Virus record (IMG/VR): IMGVR_UViG_3300018080_005856
Location: 1-64,000 of that record
Strand: one strand, 5' to 3'
Origin: a virus
DNA length: 64,000 nt
The position numbers and the translations under genes were made by a program. Below the pieces are notes generated by a model, which had not been told where the DNA came from, ran no database searches, and worked only from the letters and a program-made list of their open reading frames with translations. This document shows, piece by piece, positions 39,151-47,344 of the stretch (within the stretch, counting starts at the first letter, position 1; each line of letters opens with the position of its first letter).

Positions 39151-39675
39151 TTAACCTGCCTTCTTCTTTCTTAACGGTTTTCCTTTGACCTTGGCCACTT
39201 CCGCAGATAGTTTGTCCAAAATGGATACCGCCGCTTTGGAAACACGTGATAGTTTATCCTTCAGCAGTTGGATGTCATACTCTATCGATTCAAAGAACTC
39301 AGTTCTAAGGTCTTCATCGCTTATAACATCGGTATATTTCATATAGCCACGACCAGATGTTCTGTTTCCTGGAGTGGATACATATTCTCTTACCTCTATT
39401 GGCTTTGCTTGTTTTCCTCCAGGTATGACAACTATTTTCATTTCCCTTATGAGTTCTGACGCTACTCCTAGATTGTACTTCTCTGCCGCTTTCTTCGTAT
39501 CCCATTCAAACGCATGATACTTATGTGTATACGACTTAGGGTTCTTGGCCAGTTTGTAAACCATATACTGATCCAGGTAACCGTCGTTATTGTCGCAAAG
39601 TTCCTTCAGTTCCTTTCTTATCTGGGACCTCACGTTAGGACCACGCTTCTTTCTAGTTGCTTTCTCGTTCTTCAT
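39151..39675 (-). CDS. Basic helical protein, candidate partner of the Cas7-like gene
   Basis: G.L....V...A..P.S..H...FEWD...AA..Y.L..A..LIR pattern, which I recognise from phage genes next to solo RAMP-like genes. AGGAGG RBS. Confidence 0.6.
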   Translation of the reverse strand: MKNEKATRKKRGPNVRSQIRKELKELCDNNDGYLDQYMVYKLAKNPKSYTHKYHAFEWDTKKAAEKYNLGVASELIREMKIVVIPGGKQAKPIEVREYVSTPGNRTSGRGYMKYTDVISDEDLRTEFFESIEYDIQLLKDKLSRVSKAAVSILDKLSAEVAKVKGKPLRKKKAG

Positions 39676-39706
39676 GTTGTTCCTCCTGTTATATATTATA
39701 TATGTT

Positions 39707-39728
39707 AAAAGAGAGGCCGAAGCCTCTC
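39707..39728 (-). terminator. Intrinsic terminator closing the periodic RNA
   Basis: GAGAGGC-TTCG-GCCTCTC-TTTT on the minus strand. Confidence 0.85.
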
Positions 39729-39742
39729 ATAACTTTGATGCA

Positions 39743-39797
39743 GACGAGTTGAATTGTGATGACTTGAACTGCTTCAAATCGTGACGCGAGGACCCGG
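39743..39797 (-). repeat. Eleven-unit 5-nt-period array (NCR-NN), candidate guide RNA
   Basis: CCG GG/TCC TC/GCG TC/ACG AT/TTG AA/GCA GT/TCA AG/TCA TC/ACA AT/TCA AC/TCG TC. C at position 2 in 10 of 11 units and a purine at position 3 in 10 of 11. Confidence 0.75.
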
Positions 39798-39815
39798 CAA
39801 CTATTATTCATAGTT

Positions 39816-39829
39816 CATATATATGGAAA
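39816..39829 (-). promoter_or_regulatory. Phage motif copy TTTCCATATATATG driving the periodic RNA
   Basis: Perfect consensus copy abutting the stop codon of the Cas7-like gene. Confidence 0.7.
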
Positions 39830-40471
39830 CTACTTATCAGATATCTTAAATCTGCCATTCATTCCACCCTTTCCAGATTTAGCTTCAGCTCTTCCAACGC
39901 CCAAACCAACTTCAAGGCCGGCTCTGTGCATCAGTTCTGTCAGTGTTTTTACCGATATTGTATCGGCATCATACTCTACCCTTGCCTTGATGCTCCATGT
40001 TTCCCACATTGTGCATATTGACGCCACAGATTTACCTTGGTCAGTTCTCACTACCCTGGGTAAGCATACTGGTGTTCCAACTACCTCTATAACCGGTGTT
40101 CCACATCTCCTATCAACCCCATCAGCCAGAGAGAATACCGTTTGTTTCATCTGGTTCATGGTGAGATCCGTATTCCTTGCTGCAGAGATTAGAGCAGACC
40201 TTATGGATAATGCACTTATTCCTATCTTGCCTTTTCCAAAGGTGTACCTGCTTTCTAAGTATAAGTACTCAAGATCAGGTTTCTCCTCCGCACCTCTCCT
40301 TGCTCGCTTCCCCGGTTCCTTGTCGAATAGGGACTTTATAATTCTGTCCCTCGATTCCCCTGACATTCTGTGACATATCAGTGGAGAAATACCCTTAAGA
40401 TGAAATACAACTATCTTGTGGTTGGGCATCACAGATAGTACTTGTTCCTTACTTTTCTTTGATGGTGCCAT
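39830..40471 (-). CDS. Solo Cas7/RAMP-like protein (213 aa)
   Basis: Beta1 VFHLKGISPLICH, helix ISALSIRSALISAA, WSIKARVEY, Gly-rich loop AGLEVGLGVGR...GRFKI. AGGAGG RBS at 40471 and a motif copy at 40495-40508. Confidence 0.75.
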   Translation of the reverse strand: MAPSKKSKEQVLSVMPNHKIVVFHLKGISPLICHRMSGESRDRIIKSLFDKEPGKRARRGAEEKPDLEYLYLESRYTFGKGKIGISALSIRSALISAARNTDLTMNQMKQTVFSLADGVDRRCGTPVIEVVGTPVCLPRVVRTDQGKSVASICTMWETWSIKARVEYDADTISVKTLTELMHRAGLEVGLGVGRAEAKSGKGGMNGRFKISDK

Positions 40472-40554
40472 GAGTGTCCTCCTTTCTATATTTTCAGGAA
40501 TATGGAAACTACAGATTGGGACATTGGGTTCCAGACCTTGGAAAGAAAGGGGAC

Positions 40555-40749
40555 CTAGTCCCCCTTGGTGTTGTCTTTCCTGACCTGACATAGCAAGTAT
40601 CTCTTTGCTATTGCCATGTTCATTTGATAACGGATGGCCCATGATTGAATATCCATAGCCGGCCGTTCAATTGATTTCTCATAATCAACTAGATCCGTTC
40701 CAAACATGGTCAGTGATTTAATGATATCTACTCTACCTGTCTTTGACAT
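40555..40749 (-). CDS. Hypothetical protein
   Basis: ORF followed by a terminator hairpin. Confidence 0.5.
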   Translation of the reverse strand: MSKTGRVDIIKSLTMFGTDLVDYEKSIERPAMDIQSWAIRYQMNMAIAKRYLLCQVRKDNTKGD

Positions 40750-40752
40750 AAT

Positions 40753-41172
40753 CTATTCTCCGGCTTCTGCCTCCTTTAGCGCGCAGTTGATGCACACCAT
40801 GCGGCCGTCCCTATGCCTCTGAATCCTGAGGCTCTTTGGGGTGTTACTCCAGTATTCTCCACATACATCGCATTTCTCCATATCTGTAGCCCCAAGTTCG
40901 CCTTCCCTTTGATTCATGGCATCTGGGTCAGTTTTCTGGCAGCCACAGTTTTCGCATACCATGTACTCGTCTTCCAGCAACCACCCACAACGACACTCCC
41001 ACATAGGTATCAGGCATTCAGCATAACCAGTTTCCGCTTTTGACTGCCTCTCTTTCTTCCATTTGGAACACACTTCAAGAGCATCTTCCAAGTCGTAGAA
41101 TTCTCCCTTGTGCCATATATTAGAGGTAATGCCGTCTTTGTGATAGCCTATTGATACTACTTTGTACTTCAT
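40753..41172 (-). CDS. Zinc-finger protein
   Basis: WECRCG...CENC, CDVC...CINC. Confidence 0.65.
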   Translation of the reverse strand: MKYKVVSIGYHKDGITSNIWHKGEFYDLEDALEVCSKWKKERQSKAETGYAECLIPMWECRCGWLLEDEYMVCENCGCQKTDPDAMNQREGELGATDMEKCDVCGEYWSNTPKSLRIQRHRDGRMVCINCALKEAEAGE

Positions 41173-41184
41173 TTAGGAACCTCC

Positions 41185-41376
41185 TTACTGTTCAAATGGG
41201 TTGTACTGCAGCAAACACCAATCTAGCCGTAGTTCTCTTCTCTTTCGCTTCTTCTTCTTCCATGGGAGCTTCTTTGATTCTTCCCATTCTCTGAAGATGC
41301 GTTCTTTCATAGATGCTTTGGCTTCTGCAAGGTCACATAGAGTTTGCGACATTATTTGCAAATAAGTTCTCCTCAT
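41185..41376 (-). CDS. Small basic hypothetical protein
   Basis: ORF with RBS. Confidence 0.55.
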   Translation of the reverse strand: MRRTYLQIMSQTLCDLAEAKASMKERIFREWEESKKLPWKKKKRKRRELRLDWCLLQYNPFEQ

Positions 41377-41423
41377 AGTTTCTATTCCTCCTTTATATAG
41401 TCTATTCTATGGAATTGCTCCAC

Positions 41424-41669
41424 CTATAGTCCTTGTGGCATTGGCATCCAGCCAGCAACATCTTCGCATGCTATATATGCTGGAATGAATCCATCATCAA
41501 AGTATAATGCGTTCTTAAGCTGATCTCTATAGCATGTGCCACCAAATTCCTGGTCATCTTTGGACAGATAACCAACGGTGACCCGGTTGCGTGTCCTATT
41601 GGGATAGACCAGTGACAGTATAATTGTCTTACCCTCTATAGGGTCCCTATCCGTAATCCAGTCATTCAT
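41424..41669 (-). CDS. DUF551-like protein
   Basis: MNDWI..RDP...VAGWMPMP. Confidence 0.65.
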   Translation of the reverse strand: MNDWITDRDPIEGKTIILSLVYPNRTRNRVTVGYLSKDDQEFGGTCYRDQLKNALYFDDGFIPAYIACEDVAGWMPMPQGL

Positions 41670-41670
41670 G

Positions 41671-41991
41671 TCATGACCTCCTCTCTTTCATTTCGAGCCT
41701 CTCGAGTCTCTCGTTCTCAAGCATATCCACCATTCTTCTATAGGCCTCATCTAGCATCTCTATGTGATCCATCGGGTAGCCGGTCCAAGTCATCATCTCT
41801 GCTACTATTTGACCAAACCATTTTACCAAACCGCCCATACTTGAGAGATCGCGCCCGGCCATGTCTAGTGGGCTACCTTGCACTTTTGTGCTGTTGACAA
41901 CCCCGATTAGATCCTCGAGGAAGCTAGCCTTGTTAGCTAATTCCCTAATGACATTACTCATGTCCTCGATCAGTTCGTCTTTTATTACCAT
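41671..41991 (-). CDS. Hypothetical protein
   Basis: AGGAGG RBS. Confidence 0.65.
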   Translation of the reverse strand: MVIKDELIEDMSNVIRELANKASFLEDLIGVVNSTKVQGSPLDMAGRDLSSMGGLVKWFGQIVAEMMTWTGYPMDHIEMLDEAYRRMVDMLENERLERLEMKERRS

Positions 41992-42009
41992 TGTTCGTCC
42001 TCCTTACTA

Positions 42010-42375
42010 TTATATGTTACTATTAGCATAGAAGATAATAGTGTTAGGTTTATCCAAGGATTCTGCCAGATCTAGTGAGTGCTTTGTTCCTCTGCTTTCT
42101 CCATCCCAGAATGCCAGAACCATGTCACAATGATCCACTATGAGCTTATTCCTCTTGTATCCCGCTGATTTGCCGTACTTGTTCCACTCAGCTCTGAATA
42201 CTGTCAAGGGTATATTGTTCTCATTCGCATATCTTGCTCCCAGGGAATCAGCTCCCCTGGCACCGCCAGATACTATTTCCTCTATTTCGTGACCGTTTCT
42301 TATGAGCTCTTCAACACTCTGCTTGAGTAATTCATAGTCGTCGAATTCTCTTGATCCTATTATTGCTAGTATCAT
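42010..42375 (-). CDS. DUF2493/YspA-like SLOG-family protein
   Basis: IIGSR.F.DY, IVSGGARGAD, AEWNKYGKSAG.KRN, FWDGESRGT. Confidence 0.9.
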   Translation of the reverse strand: MILAIIGSREFDDYELLKQSVEELIRNGHEIEEIVSGGARGADSLGARYANENNIPLTVFRAEWNKYGKSAGYKRNKLIVDHCDMVLAFWDGESRGTKHSLDLAESLDKPNTIIFYANSNI

Positions 42376-42499
42376 GTTACATCCTCCTTAAGTTATATTC
42401 ATATATATAGAAAGGCGAATCTTAAGCCATGTGTTCCAGAGTACCAGTAAAAGAAGCGGGCGTTAGCCCGCGGTTGTTTCTCACTATGATGACCTATTG

Positions 42500-42781
42500 C
42501 TACTCGGGGTAGCTGTTGTCGCCCTCGGCTTCAGCTTCCTCGGGTTGCTCTTTATTAGCTTCAGCAACAGAGCCACTTACCTTCTCAAGATACTCCTTTG
42601 CAGGTATTGTGACTTCATAGGTCGGAAGTATGATGGTCGTCCTCATGATGTCTTCACCGGTTGACTTGTTCTTATAGTCACCCTTACGCTCTCTGAACTC
42701 ACATTTCTTGAGAACTTCCTCATCAAATAAGCCCATCTTCTTTAGCTGAACGAATTGGCCTCTAGTAATCGTACATTGCAT
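42500..42781 (-). CDS. Hypothetical protein with an acidic tail
   Basis: Own motif copy (42844), RBS and terminator. Confidence 0.65.
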   Translation of the reverse strand: MQCTITRGQFVQLKKMGLFDEEVLKKCEFRERKGDYKNKSTGEDIMRTTIILPTYEVTIPAKEYLEKVSGSVAEANKEQPEEAEAEGDNSYPE

Positions 42782-42857
42782 GACGATACCCTCCTGTTTG
42801 TGATTCGCGAATCAAGAATGATTCACGCGAGATATTTCTATCTCATATGTATGGAAA

Positions 42858-42940
42858 GGAAAGGGCCTTTCGGCCCTTAGGGATCATAGCGTTTATCAAA
42901 CAAGGGATGACCCCTTATCAATCATCATACTAGGAGATAC
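42858..42940 (-). ncRNA. Candidate ~80-nt sRNA
   Basis: ORF-free unit from motif copy 42941-42954 to the terminator AAGGGCC-GAAA-GGCCCTT. Confidence 0.5.
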
Positions 42941-42951
42941 CATAAATATGG

Positions 42952-43104
42952 AAAAAGAGAGCTGGCCTGCTCTCTTAATCCGTGCGTGTTATAGTATTGG
43001 CTTTGTTCCTGCGGTCAGCCTACCCAGCAGTTGAGCAGTTACAGGAACTATAAGTGCTCACCACCGGCTCCTCTGGATCCGCGAAATCCTTCGGGATAAC
43101 ACAC
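42952..43104 (-). ncRNA. Candidate ~150-nt structured RNA with pseudoknot
   Basis: TGGTATAAT at 43111-43119. Stems GTGTGTTAT/ATAACACGC and GTTCCTG/CAGGAAC, with TGAGCA/TGCTCA crossing them. Terminator at 42955-42976. Confidence 0.55.
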
Positions 43105-43139
43105 CTCTGTATTATACCACGAGTAAGGAATCGAAGAAA

Positions 43140-43340
43140 CTATCCTCCGGCTCCATGCTTACAAAGACAGTCCTTAGACACACACTTACCTGTGTGATCA
43201 ACCTGACATGGGCCGCAGCCTTCACATATAACTACGGCATACATGCCTTTCCTGGTATCCTCTTCTGATGATAAACCGGATAGATCGCCTAGATCTTCAC
43301 CAAAGTGATCTATACTGCACTGCTTACAGAAATCAGCCAT
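43140..43340 (-). CDS. Small Cys-rich phage protein
   Basis: MADFCKQCS...ICEGCG...VDH.G.C...C...H. Confidence 0.7.
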   Translation of the reverse strand: MADFCKQCSIDHFGEDLGDLSGLSSEEDTRKGMYAVVICEGCGPCQVDHTGKCVSKDCLCKHGAGG

Positions 43341-43398
43341 AGCTATTCCTCCTGTATTATAGTCACAGTTATGGAAAAGATGAGAGCCAGAGGCTCTC

Positions 43399-43677
43399 TT
43401 ATCCGAGATGTATGGGTCTGTTCTTCATATAGATATAGGCAACAAGTCCAGCTACGGCTACACATCCGAATCCTGTGAGGAACAGGTACAGAATAGTAAG
43501 CCATATGCTTCCAGTTCCTATCAAGAACAGAACTATTGAGCCTGTAGCCATGGCCCCTACTATCCATAGTTTCTTATCGTAGATATTCGGGTTGTTTCTC
43601 TTTACATTCACTGAGAATGCCCACCAGCTTACTACGATAGAAGCCACATAAACCAGAACGGCTAGAAATGTAATCAT
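43399..43677 (-). CDS. Small membrane protein
   Basis: 3 TM segments. GGAGGAGG RBS. Confidence 0.65.
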   Translation of the reverse strand: MITFLAVLVYVASIVVSWWAFSVNVKRNNPNIYDKKLWIVGAMATGSIVLFLIGTGSIWLTILYLFLTGFGCVAVAGLVAYIYMKNRPIHLG

Positions 43678-43722
43678 GATAACACCTCCTCCATCTATTC
43701 TATCAGTAAGGAAAGAAGGGGA

Positions 43723-43923
43723 CTACTCGTCCCCGAAGATGTTGTCCTGGCATTTCTGGCACAACCCTGATATTTCGTACTCTTTCCGAGATAGATCATC
43801 TCTGAAGCTATTCGGATTAGGGAGTACTACTTGATGGCAAATAGGACATCTACGTGACTCTATGTCCTTCTTTGCCTCAGGGAATACCTTGAATACGGGT
43901 TTGTTAAGATCTGGTTTATTCAT
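43723..43923 (-). CDS. Small zinc-finger phage protein
   Basis: CPIC...FRDDLSRKEY.ISGLCQKCQD..F. Confidence 0.7.
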   Translation of the reverse strand: MNKPDLNKPVFKVFPEAKKDIESRRCPICHQVVLPNPNSFRDDLSRKEYEISGLCQKCQDNIFGDE

Positions 43924-43984
43924 GTCTAAACAGCCTCCAGACTAACCATATTATGAATATTACTATCAACAATTCCATGACTGG

Positions 43985-44640
43985 CCTCCTTATCATAAGT
44001 ATGAAATTTATCCCCCTTTCCTGTATCCGGGGTACCATTGTCCCTTCAGACTCGCGCCCCTCTTGAGGAAGCTTAATAATAACAGAGCGCACCATTCCAG
44101 ACATCTGCGAGCGAACGGCGCCAGCCGGCCGGAGATGCACAGCTATGCCTGTCATTCTACCGTGCGTCATTCAAGAGATGGAATTAAGCCTCGCGAGGGA
44201 CTAAAGAGAAATACTCTGACGGCTACTCGTCAATAGTCTAATAAGGGATTATCGCCCGGGAAAATAGCCCTGTAACCCAGTACATTTCCCTATGGCTCCG
44301 GCTATTGCTCGGTCACTCTCCCCCTCAAGGGGGCCGGACGCCTCTTACAATCCTATTTCTCAGCTGTTTTCATGTACATCCCTCTCCTGTACATGAATGC
44401 TGTCGACACTTCCATAAATCCTCCGGGGAAAGGGTAATCACCCCCAGATATCCAGTATAAATACTGATATATCCAGGGACGGGGGAGGAAATCCCCCGGA
44501 CCCCCTCTATTCCTAGCCAATCAAGATCCTGAACCGGTAAAATATATAGATCGGGTATGAGCCGATCCATATATCTGTCACAGAAGCGTCAGCCACACCC
44601 CTGCCGGTCGGCCCCACCAATGGCTGAAATGGGAAGGCCC
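43985..44640 (-). ncRNA. Candidate large (~650-nt) structured RNA
   Basis: Starts at motif copy 44641-44654. GC-rich with many long stems and no ORF with an RBS. Confidence 0.6.
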
Positions 44641-44671
44641 CATTTGTATGGAAAAGAAGAGGCCGTAGCCT

Positions 44672-44938
44672 CTATTCATTGCTAGTTGATATGACTATTC
44701 GCCCTTCATCATCAAACTCGTTGTTGTGTTCGTATGGGTTATACCCCATCCTCTTTAAATCATGTAAGGCGGCACGGCAGGATTTTATCTCGCCGTTGCA
44801 ACTAAAGACGATAAGTATGGTGATATGGTCACCAGTATGCTCGTCCACCGCGCAGAGGTCAACGTTAGTATGGACGGACTTCTCCAGCACTATACACCAG
44901 TGCTTGTTTTCTTTATGTTTTCCTTCAAACATTCTCAT
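44672..44938 (-). CDS. Hypothetical protein
   Basis: RBS, structured leader, motif copy at 45028, terminator. Confidence 0.65.
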   Translation of the reverse strand: MRMFEGKHKENKHWCIVLEKSVHTNVDLCAVDEHTGDHITILIVFSCNGEIKSCRAALHDLKRMGYNPYEHNNEFDDEGRIVISTSNE

Positions 44939-45058
44939 CTCTATTTCCTCCTTGTTTTATCATAGCCAATTTGGGGGGTCTACCAAAGCAGAACACCCCC
45001 AAAGTAAGCTATTATGATCAACGTCCTCATAAATATAGAAAAGAAGAGGCCGTAGCCT

Positions 45059-45334
45059 CTATACTCGCCAGGTTCTTATATCATTGACGGCCTTACTAAT
45101 ATCAACGTGTTGAGCCAGAATATCTCGGGCTACGTCTATCTTTCCCTGTCTGTAGGCCTCGTACCATATGGCCTGAGTAAGCTCAGATATTGCTTTTATA
45201 TCCTCATCTTTTACATCCTTTCCCATATGTACTACCTTATCCAGGAACTGGAAAGCGCATCTGTGGATTTGAACTCGGTGCAGCTCACTATCCTCTGAAA
45301 ACGTTACTTCACATAGAACTAAAGAATCGTCCAT
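45059..45334 (-). CDS. Hypothetical protein
   Basis: Start moved to MDDSLV (AGGAGGT RBS). Motif copy at 45379. Confidence 0.65.
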   Translation of the reverse strand: MDDSLVLCEVTFSEDSELHRVQIHRCAFQFLDKVVHMGKDVKDEDIKAISELTQAIWYEAYRQGKIDVARDILAQHVDISKAVNDIRTWRV

Positions 45335-45408
45335 GTATATTACCTCCTTTAATGTAGTTGACTTATGATCAATGTCCTCGTAAATATGGAAAAGAGGGCT
45401 ATTAACCC

Positions 45409-45846
45409 TCAGTGTGAGCATGGTGCCCCTGTAGCAAGGCGCGCCTCAGCGTCAGCGGGGTTCTCACCCGCATTTACATGGACAAACTCTATTTCTATTT
45501 GGTCCTTCACACGAGTTATCCACTCCTGGTACTCTTTTGTGGCCGGTTTCTTAGCCTTCCAAGAGCCATTCGCCCAAGCAGATACACCTTCGTAGTAGTG
45601 TTTAATGACTACTTTCTCGTACCCCTTGGAATGAGCATATCTGACAGCCTCTATGGCTGCCTTGATTTCGCCCCCTACGTTCCTCATAGAGACAATATCG
45701 TCCCTAACTAAGGCGCCATGGGCTTTATACCCATCAGAAGCCACTATCCCCCAACCCACAAGGGTTGGATTATTAATAGTAAACGAGCCGTCAGTATAAA
45801 CCTCTATAGTTCTCACAACATCACCTCCAATACAGATATATAACAA
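45409..45846 (-). CDS. rnhA: Ribonuclease HI (true start probably the GTG near 45817)
   Basis: VYTDGS, RNVGGEIKAA, Y.GV..WA.G.WKA, F.HV.A..N..AD..A. The second catalytic Asp position appears as H/Y (IKHYYEG). Confidence 0.8.
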   Translation of the reverse strand: MLYICIGGDVVRTIEVYTDGSFTINNPTLVGWGIVASDGYKAHGALVRDDIVSMRNVGGEIKAAIEAVRYAHSKGYEKVVIKHYYEGVSAWANGSWKAKKPATKEYQEWITRVKDQIEIEFVHVNAGENPADAEARLATGAPCSH

Positions 45847-46248
45847 ATCTCATATATATAGAAACACGCTATATTACCTCTTTTATTACCTTTACATACT
45901 GAGATATTACCCTCACTACATACATCTCATTGCCCTTACATACAATATGGGGGTGCGTCCCTCTATACAGTACTCCCCTTCTATGCCATTACAATACCTA
46001 TACCGGGTACAATACAATACAATACTAGATACAATACCAGGTACATGAACTTGACAGGGCTAGGACGCTCATTATTTATATACTGAGCTATTATTTGTGA
46101 CCTGACTTATGCAGGTCATTATATGGGTTTAAGACCCATATTATTGGCAAAACTGTCAGATTCTTGACAGTAATTTGCTTATGGGTTCCCCTCCCTAAAG
46201 GGCACCCTCCCCATGTGTTCCTTATGTGTTTTTATGTTAAAAGGGGGC

Positions 46249-46584
46249 CTAGTGGCCCCAGATCTTATGGTCTTGATACTTCCATATAGGCAGTGATATG
46301 CTATATACTAGGGCGCCTAGCACCGCAGTATTTCTACAGTAGTACCAGAGACACTTCAATATGGCCGGATAGCCGTAATAATACGCTACCAGGGTCCATA
46401 TTCCGAATATGAAGGAACAGGTATATGCCAGCATAGCTAGCGTTTCACTTTCCCTCCATGTTGCCATTCCTATCAGGAATAGCACCGCAGTTATAATATG
46501 TAACCCATACGCTACAGATAGGACACTTCCGTATTCTGTAGACTGACTCAGTATGGGCCTTCCCTCTATAATGAACCAATCCAC
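46249..46584 (-). CDS. Membrane protein
   Basis: 3 TM segments. GGAGG RBS with GTG start. Confidence 0.65.
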   Translation of the reverse strand: MDWFIIEGRPILSQSTEYGSVLSVAYGLHIITAVLFLIGMATWRESETLAMLAYTCSFIFGIWTLVAYYYGYPAILKCLWYYCRNTAVLGALVYSISLPIWKYQDHKIWGH

Positions 46585-46764
46585 GATTACCTCCAGTAAG
46601 TATGATTATATTGTACTTTCTTGCTGTTATGGGCTGTCACAGCAAGGAGACGAGGGGGTAGCCTAAGTACATAGGCATCCAGATTCCGAGTCAGGTACTG
46701 GCTAAACGACAGTCCTGATTCTCACCCATGGGTATGGAAACGTAAAGGGGAGGGCCTTAGCCCT

Positions 46765-46944
46765 CTATTCTAATGTGGTTACGATCTCTTTTACCAACTC
46801 CATTCCCTCTTTCCCATACTCTATGAGTTTAGGGAGTTCATCTCCGGAGATCTCATATTTGAGATCTACTTTGGCGCCTGACAGGCTGAACTTCTCGTCC
46901 GGGACTTCAAGGGACTTTACTTCGAATGTCATTTGCATGATCAT
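46765..46944 (-). CDS. 59-aa hypothetical protein (not in the ORF track)
   Basis: MIMQMTFEVKSLEV..., AGGAG RBS, motif copy at 46985, terminator. Confidence 0.6.
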   Translation of the reverse strand: MIMQMTFEVKSLEVPDEKFSLSGAKVDLKYEISGDELPKLIEYGKEGMELVKEIVTTLE

Positions 46945-47035
46945 GATATATACTCCTGTTAGTATGATTTGGGACTCTATATCCCACTATTATGGAAAGA
47001 TGAGGGCCTATTAAGCCCTCTATGTTTACTCGGTT

Positions 47036-47308
47036 TTAACCCTCTCTGACGGTAGCTGTCTGCCGGGACAATTTCTCCATCTTTACGAGGGCTTTCTGCT
47101 CTTTCCTGTATGCGTTTACAGCATTAAGCAGGTGCTGCCTGCAGACGTGGCAGGACATGATATGATCGATTGTTTCGATGTTATCATGAATGAGCTTCTC
47201 GCTCTTCTCTGCATTGTTACAGGTATTATGTTCGACCCACTTCTTCTCCAGTTTGTGAGAAGTGTTTGCGAGTCCTGTTACGGCGTTAGTTACTATGTTC
47301 TTAAACAT
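47036..47308 (-). CDS. Hypothetical protein
   Basis: AGGAGGT RBS, motif copy at 47333, H...C..C. Confidence 0.65.
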   Translation of the reverse strand: MFKNIVTNAVTGLANTSHKLEKKWVEHNTCNNAEKSEKLIHDNIETIDHIMSCHVCRQHLLNAVNAYRKEQKALVKMEKLSRQTATVREG

Positions 47309-47344
47309 AGTGGTACCTCCTTAGGTAATATTCATGAGTATGGA

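Noticed and set aside
43916-44570. ORFs 43916-44170 and 44370-44570 as proteins
   Set aside because: They have no RBS and lie within dense RNA stems. Only the last 20 codons (43916-43978) follow an AGGAGG.
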